A stretch of 64,000 nucleotides of DNA, from NCBI GenBank assembly GCA_977018835.1, contig OZ361260.1:3658001-3722000 (forward strand), written 5' to 3'. The notes under the pieces were generated by a model. It was not told where the DNA came from. It ran no database searches and was given only the letters and a program-made list of their open reading frames with translations. A program made the translations under genes and the position numbers. Source of the DNA: Minutocellus sp. GHC0000111. Its lineage: Eukaryota. Positions 60,667-64,000 of this stretch are shown here, piece by piece. The stretch's first letter is position 1; every line of letters begins with the position of its first letter.

Positions 60667-63169
60667 TTATTGATTCAACCTTTCCATCGCTTTAGAATAC
60701 TTGCCATACCGCTTTCCAAGTCCAGTAACCATGGACTTAGCCCTGGCGCCCGCAACAGTAATCTTTTCGGCTCCTGCAGCTACTGCCTCCTCTTCCAATT
60801 GTCGCATCTTTTGCATTACGGCTTTCTCGATATCTTTTGTGATCTTGGCAATGTTTGCCTCTTGGGTTACATTTCCTGCTTCTGGCTTCCGACGGAGGGC
60901 TTCTTTCTGGGCGTCTGTCCAGACCGCATCAACGAGGAGGAGGCAGTGCTGCATGACCACTTGGTTCGCCTCCGATATGAATGGGATTTTTGGCTTGTCC
61001 TTCTTGCCAAAGTCGGTCAATGGAACGCCGGTAGACAAGAGGCCTCTCTCAAACATGCGGGTCAAGGCATCAGCAAGAGTGATGCCGGCGTCACTTGCAG
61101 TAGTATCCTGCATCGCCTTGGTGCCATACTTCACCATTTCTTGGCAGCGGTTCTTGCATTTTGGAAGAAGGATGCTCTGGCACTGTTGCTTGTAGGTGGC
61201 ACCGCGGGCGCCTCATCTGATGCTGTGACACCAATAGCGGCAGCGGCGGCTGCAGTTGGCACAGCAGCGAGGGTGGGAATATTGGTGGAGGAATTATTGT
61301 TCGGAATGGCATCGGGCACAGGTGCATTAGGGCCGGAGCTGCTGCTACCGGTAGAAATGCGCCGGCGCTTGTTTCCGCTACTAGTGCCGGTCGATGATGA
61401 TGGAGATGATGAAGCCCTCGCTGGAGGTACTTGGAGGCTTAATTTGGTCATAATGGCGGTGAGCATTTGATCTCGGCGTGCATCATTGGCATCCCGGTTG
61501 CGGTCTCGTTCGTCTCGGAGGGAAAGCTCTCTGTGCAGGCTGTCTCTGATCTGGTTCGACTGAGACAGTTCAGCCTCGAGTTGTTGGACACGCTGCATCA
61601 TGCGATTCGCCAATCGATTGCTGGTTGCTACGCTCCTACACACATGGTCCATATCGGCTCGTCCGTCTTGATTCGACGGTGATTGAGGAAAATTATCCAA
61701 TTCGAACCTCTTCTTGATGCGATCGGACCAATCCTTGAATTCTTCGGCGGACACACCAGCAACCTCAGCAGCAGTGTTAACCTTTTCGATGATAATGTGT
61801 TACCATCGGGATAGTCGGCCTCCATTTGTGGATGATACATGATAATGGAGGCAAGGGCTGTTTGGACTAGCATGGTGAGGCGACCATGGGAACGGAGTTC
61901 GTCGAGCTCCGGTGCGACATAAAATAGACTCTGGATAAACAATCTAACCCTGTGGACATTTTCAGCACCAAGGGGATCAAGAGTTGGTGGATGTACCATT
62001 TCTTCTGGGTTGGGCCAGTCAGCAATGGCACGGGCAGGCACCATGGTGAGGGCGGGAACAGACATAACGTAATGCTCGGTAGAATCAGGCCGAGCGTGGC
62101 CAGAAAGCATCGTGTGCATGTCTCCAATAACAAAGCGGTTGCCTGCAAGGACTGTATTAAATCCTTTACGTATACTTTTGGCACTGGTCCATTTCTTGCA
62201 TTTCTCGTCTGAAAGCTTCTTCACCACAGAAGTAACTTTCCTCGTAACAGCCTCGTTTGGCATAGATTGTAGAGATGGGAAAATGCATTTGATTCGGGGA
62301 TCCTTTGAGTTGGGACGACGGAGACCACCTTCAATTACAAAGCACCCAAATGCATGGTAGATATCAGTGGCATAGTACTCAGGATCACTGACAAAGGGCA
62401 CATCCTTTTGGGTTAGCTGCTTGACCTGGGTCCACACACCGGTAAGGCATTTGAAATATTCATCCCACGCCATTTTGTTGTACTTAAGATGCTTCGGCTC
62501 TCCTCCTCGTCCGCCGGCAAGGTAGAGAGTGACAAGGATGAATCGCCACTCAAATGGATTGTTCAAAAAAGTTGCAGTACCACTGATGAGCTTCTTCATC
62601 ATGCTCACGAGATCTCTACCCTCAAGGTCCTTCCAATATCCATCCCACGACATGCCGTCTACTTCTTGCCTCTGAGTTAGATGAAGATAGTCTGGCTTGA
62701 GCTTTTTCACGATGGCACGAGTGTCGAGATCTTTTTCGTTGGCATCGTCATCGAGCAAACGACGGCCGACTCCGGTCAGGAGACGCTTCCGCATATCGGT
62801 GTACCAGAGCCTCTCGTGGTCGACCCATATCTTGAGAGTCGGGTGCTTCTCTTTTATAATCTCCTTCACTTGGCCGAAGTACTGAGCAAGCGTGTCAGTG
62901 GCGGTTGACACAGTAGGGTTCGACTTATTTTTGATATCCTCTTCAATCAAATACGTCTGCAGCCCGATGAGCTCGACCGTCACAGTCTCTCCTTTCAAGT
63001 CGTTCTCGTCTTCCTTTCCGTTGTGGCTTTCCATCTCGAGCACGAAGGCCGAGTAAGTCTCATCGCTCTTCTCCTTGTAATCGAGGTACATCTGCCAGGC
63101 GTTTTTCCGCCCTGCGGTAGTAGCCTCTGCTTGGCCAATAACTGCCGCCGGAGCGCTCGTATCCGTCAT
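60667..63169 (-). CDS. Crypton-like tyrosine recombinase, about 830 aa, with two apparent 1-nt deletions (about 61798 and 61138)
   Basis: Catalytic order R (GGRGGE), K (QVKQ), KSIRKG (in place of HxxR), SGH and Y (STEHY), with IFPSL; ORFs 61628-63169, 61131-61754 and 60667-61137 join by adding one A at each shift; no introns and no RT. Confidence 0.75.
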
Positions 63170-63876
63170 CGTTTCCCGTCAATACAATGCAAGAAGATGG
63201 CTATATTACACGAGAAAAAATGACGAGAATCGATCGGCGGGTGGTTTGCGGTGGTGGTAGAGTCGAGCCAGTCACACCCTGATGATGAGTCGCGTCAGTC
63301 GACTATGAATACGAGGCTAGGTTACTGTACTTTATCCCGACTCGAAAGTTTGCTCTGGTGTTATGTACTCTCAACTCGAAAGTTCGTCGAAAAAGAAGAA
63401 AAAGTGAGATGGAGTGGAGTCGGTCCTTTTGCATCAAAATCGTGGAGTATTTGAATGAATCGTGGGAGGAGAATCTCCGATACTTTTTGAATTCGCAAAG
63501 AATTTAGTGAGAAGCGGCGAAACTCATACCTCTCTTAGGGTTCACCGAGCGCAGTTCATCGTAAAAGTTTGACAATAAAGTAAGGAAAAACGGAAACGGC
63601 GATGCCCTTTACATTCTACGGTTGACTCTTAGTGTTAAAAGAAGCGCTGTTATCACAGAAACTTTTGGAACTGCAGTTTGAATCATCGAATCCAGTTGAA
63701 AGAAAATCCAGGCGTAGGATTCCGATGCATCTGGATCGCATGTCAAGGCCAGCCTGCCATCTGCAGAAAACTCCTACCTCTACCGCTTCTGTGTACCGGT
63801 AAACTGTCGTTTCTCTCTCCAGTCGAGTCTCTATTTCAATATCCTTCATTCAACAGGTTTTCCCTAATTCTCAACC

Positions 63877-63999
63877 TTACGAGAACTTTCCAAGAATGTC
63901 ATCCTCACGGTAAAGGTACATCTCATCGCCATCTACCTCAATCTTGGAGCCACCGTACTCGGGAAGGAGGACAGCATCGCCAGCCTTGAGAGTAGGTGT
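63877..63999 (-). CDS. HSP10: 10 kDa chaperonin (Cpn10/Hsp10/GroES), 3' part only
   Basis: Manual translation TPTLKAGDAVLLPEYGGSKIEVDGDEMYLYREDDILGKFS* (absent from the ORF track); runs off the window end. Confidence 0.9.
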   Translation of the reverse strand, partial: TPTLKAGDAVLLPEYGGSKIEVDGDEMYLYREDDILGKFS

Positions 64000-64000
64000 A

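Larger units (their letters stand above)
59346..63542 (-). mobile_element. Putative tyrosine-recombinase (Crypton-like) element with cargo; ends not defined
   Basis: Intronless YR gene + SAP-Myb gene + structured spacer lying between two ordinary host genes; shared YCGAAAGTT and TTAGGGTT motifs upstream of both genes. Confidence 0.4.

Noticed and set aside
63275..63315. CTGATGA followed by an AGTCG/CGACT stem, resembling a hammerhead ribozyme core
   Set aside because: Stem II is offset from the core, there is no GAAA, and I could not find stems I and III.

Overview
Eukaryotic nuclear DNA with short GT-AG introns and a gene repertoire typical of stramenopiles, most likely a diatom. About 24 protein-coding loci are recognisable. 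They include a RING-SEL1-MYND protein, a YqgF-like nuclease, an NPF-repeat protein, RHL1 (topoisomerase VI partner), two paralogous split-HMG-box factors, a BRCA1-like RING/tandem-BRCT protein, a SHOC1/Zip2-like XPF-fold protein and a PHIP/BRWD-like chromatin reader. Also present are a C1-domain membrane protein, an Ldh2-family dehydrogenase, a MutY lacking the [4Fe-4S] cysteines, a TPP enzyme-cupin fusion, a beta-lactamase-family hydrolase and the 3' end of Cpn10. Many genes carry single-base frameshifts or in-frame stops, and two or three junctions appear to truncate neighbouring genes, so this is either an error-prone assembly or a degenerating haplotype. The most unusual part is the right end (about 59.3-63.5 kb). 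There a Crypton-like tyrosine recombinase gene and a SAP + telobox-Myb gene flank about 500 nt of densely base-paired sequence, which contains TTAGGG motifs and many G-U pairs on the + strand and looks like a structured non-coding RNA. All family calls are from motif recognition by eye; no searches were run.
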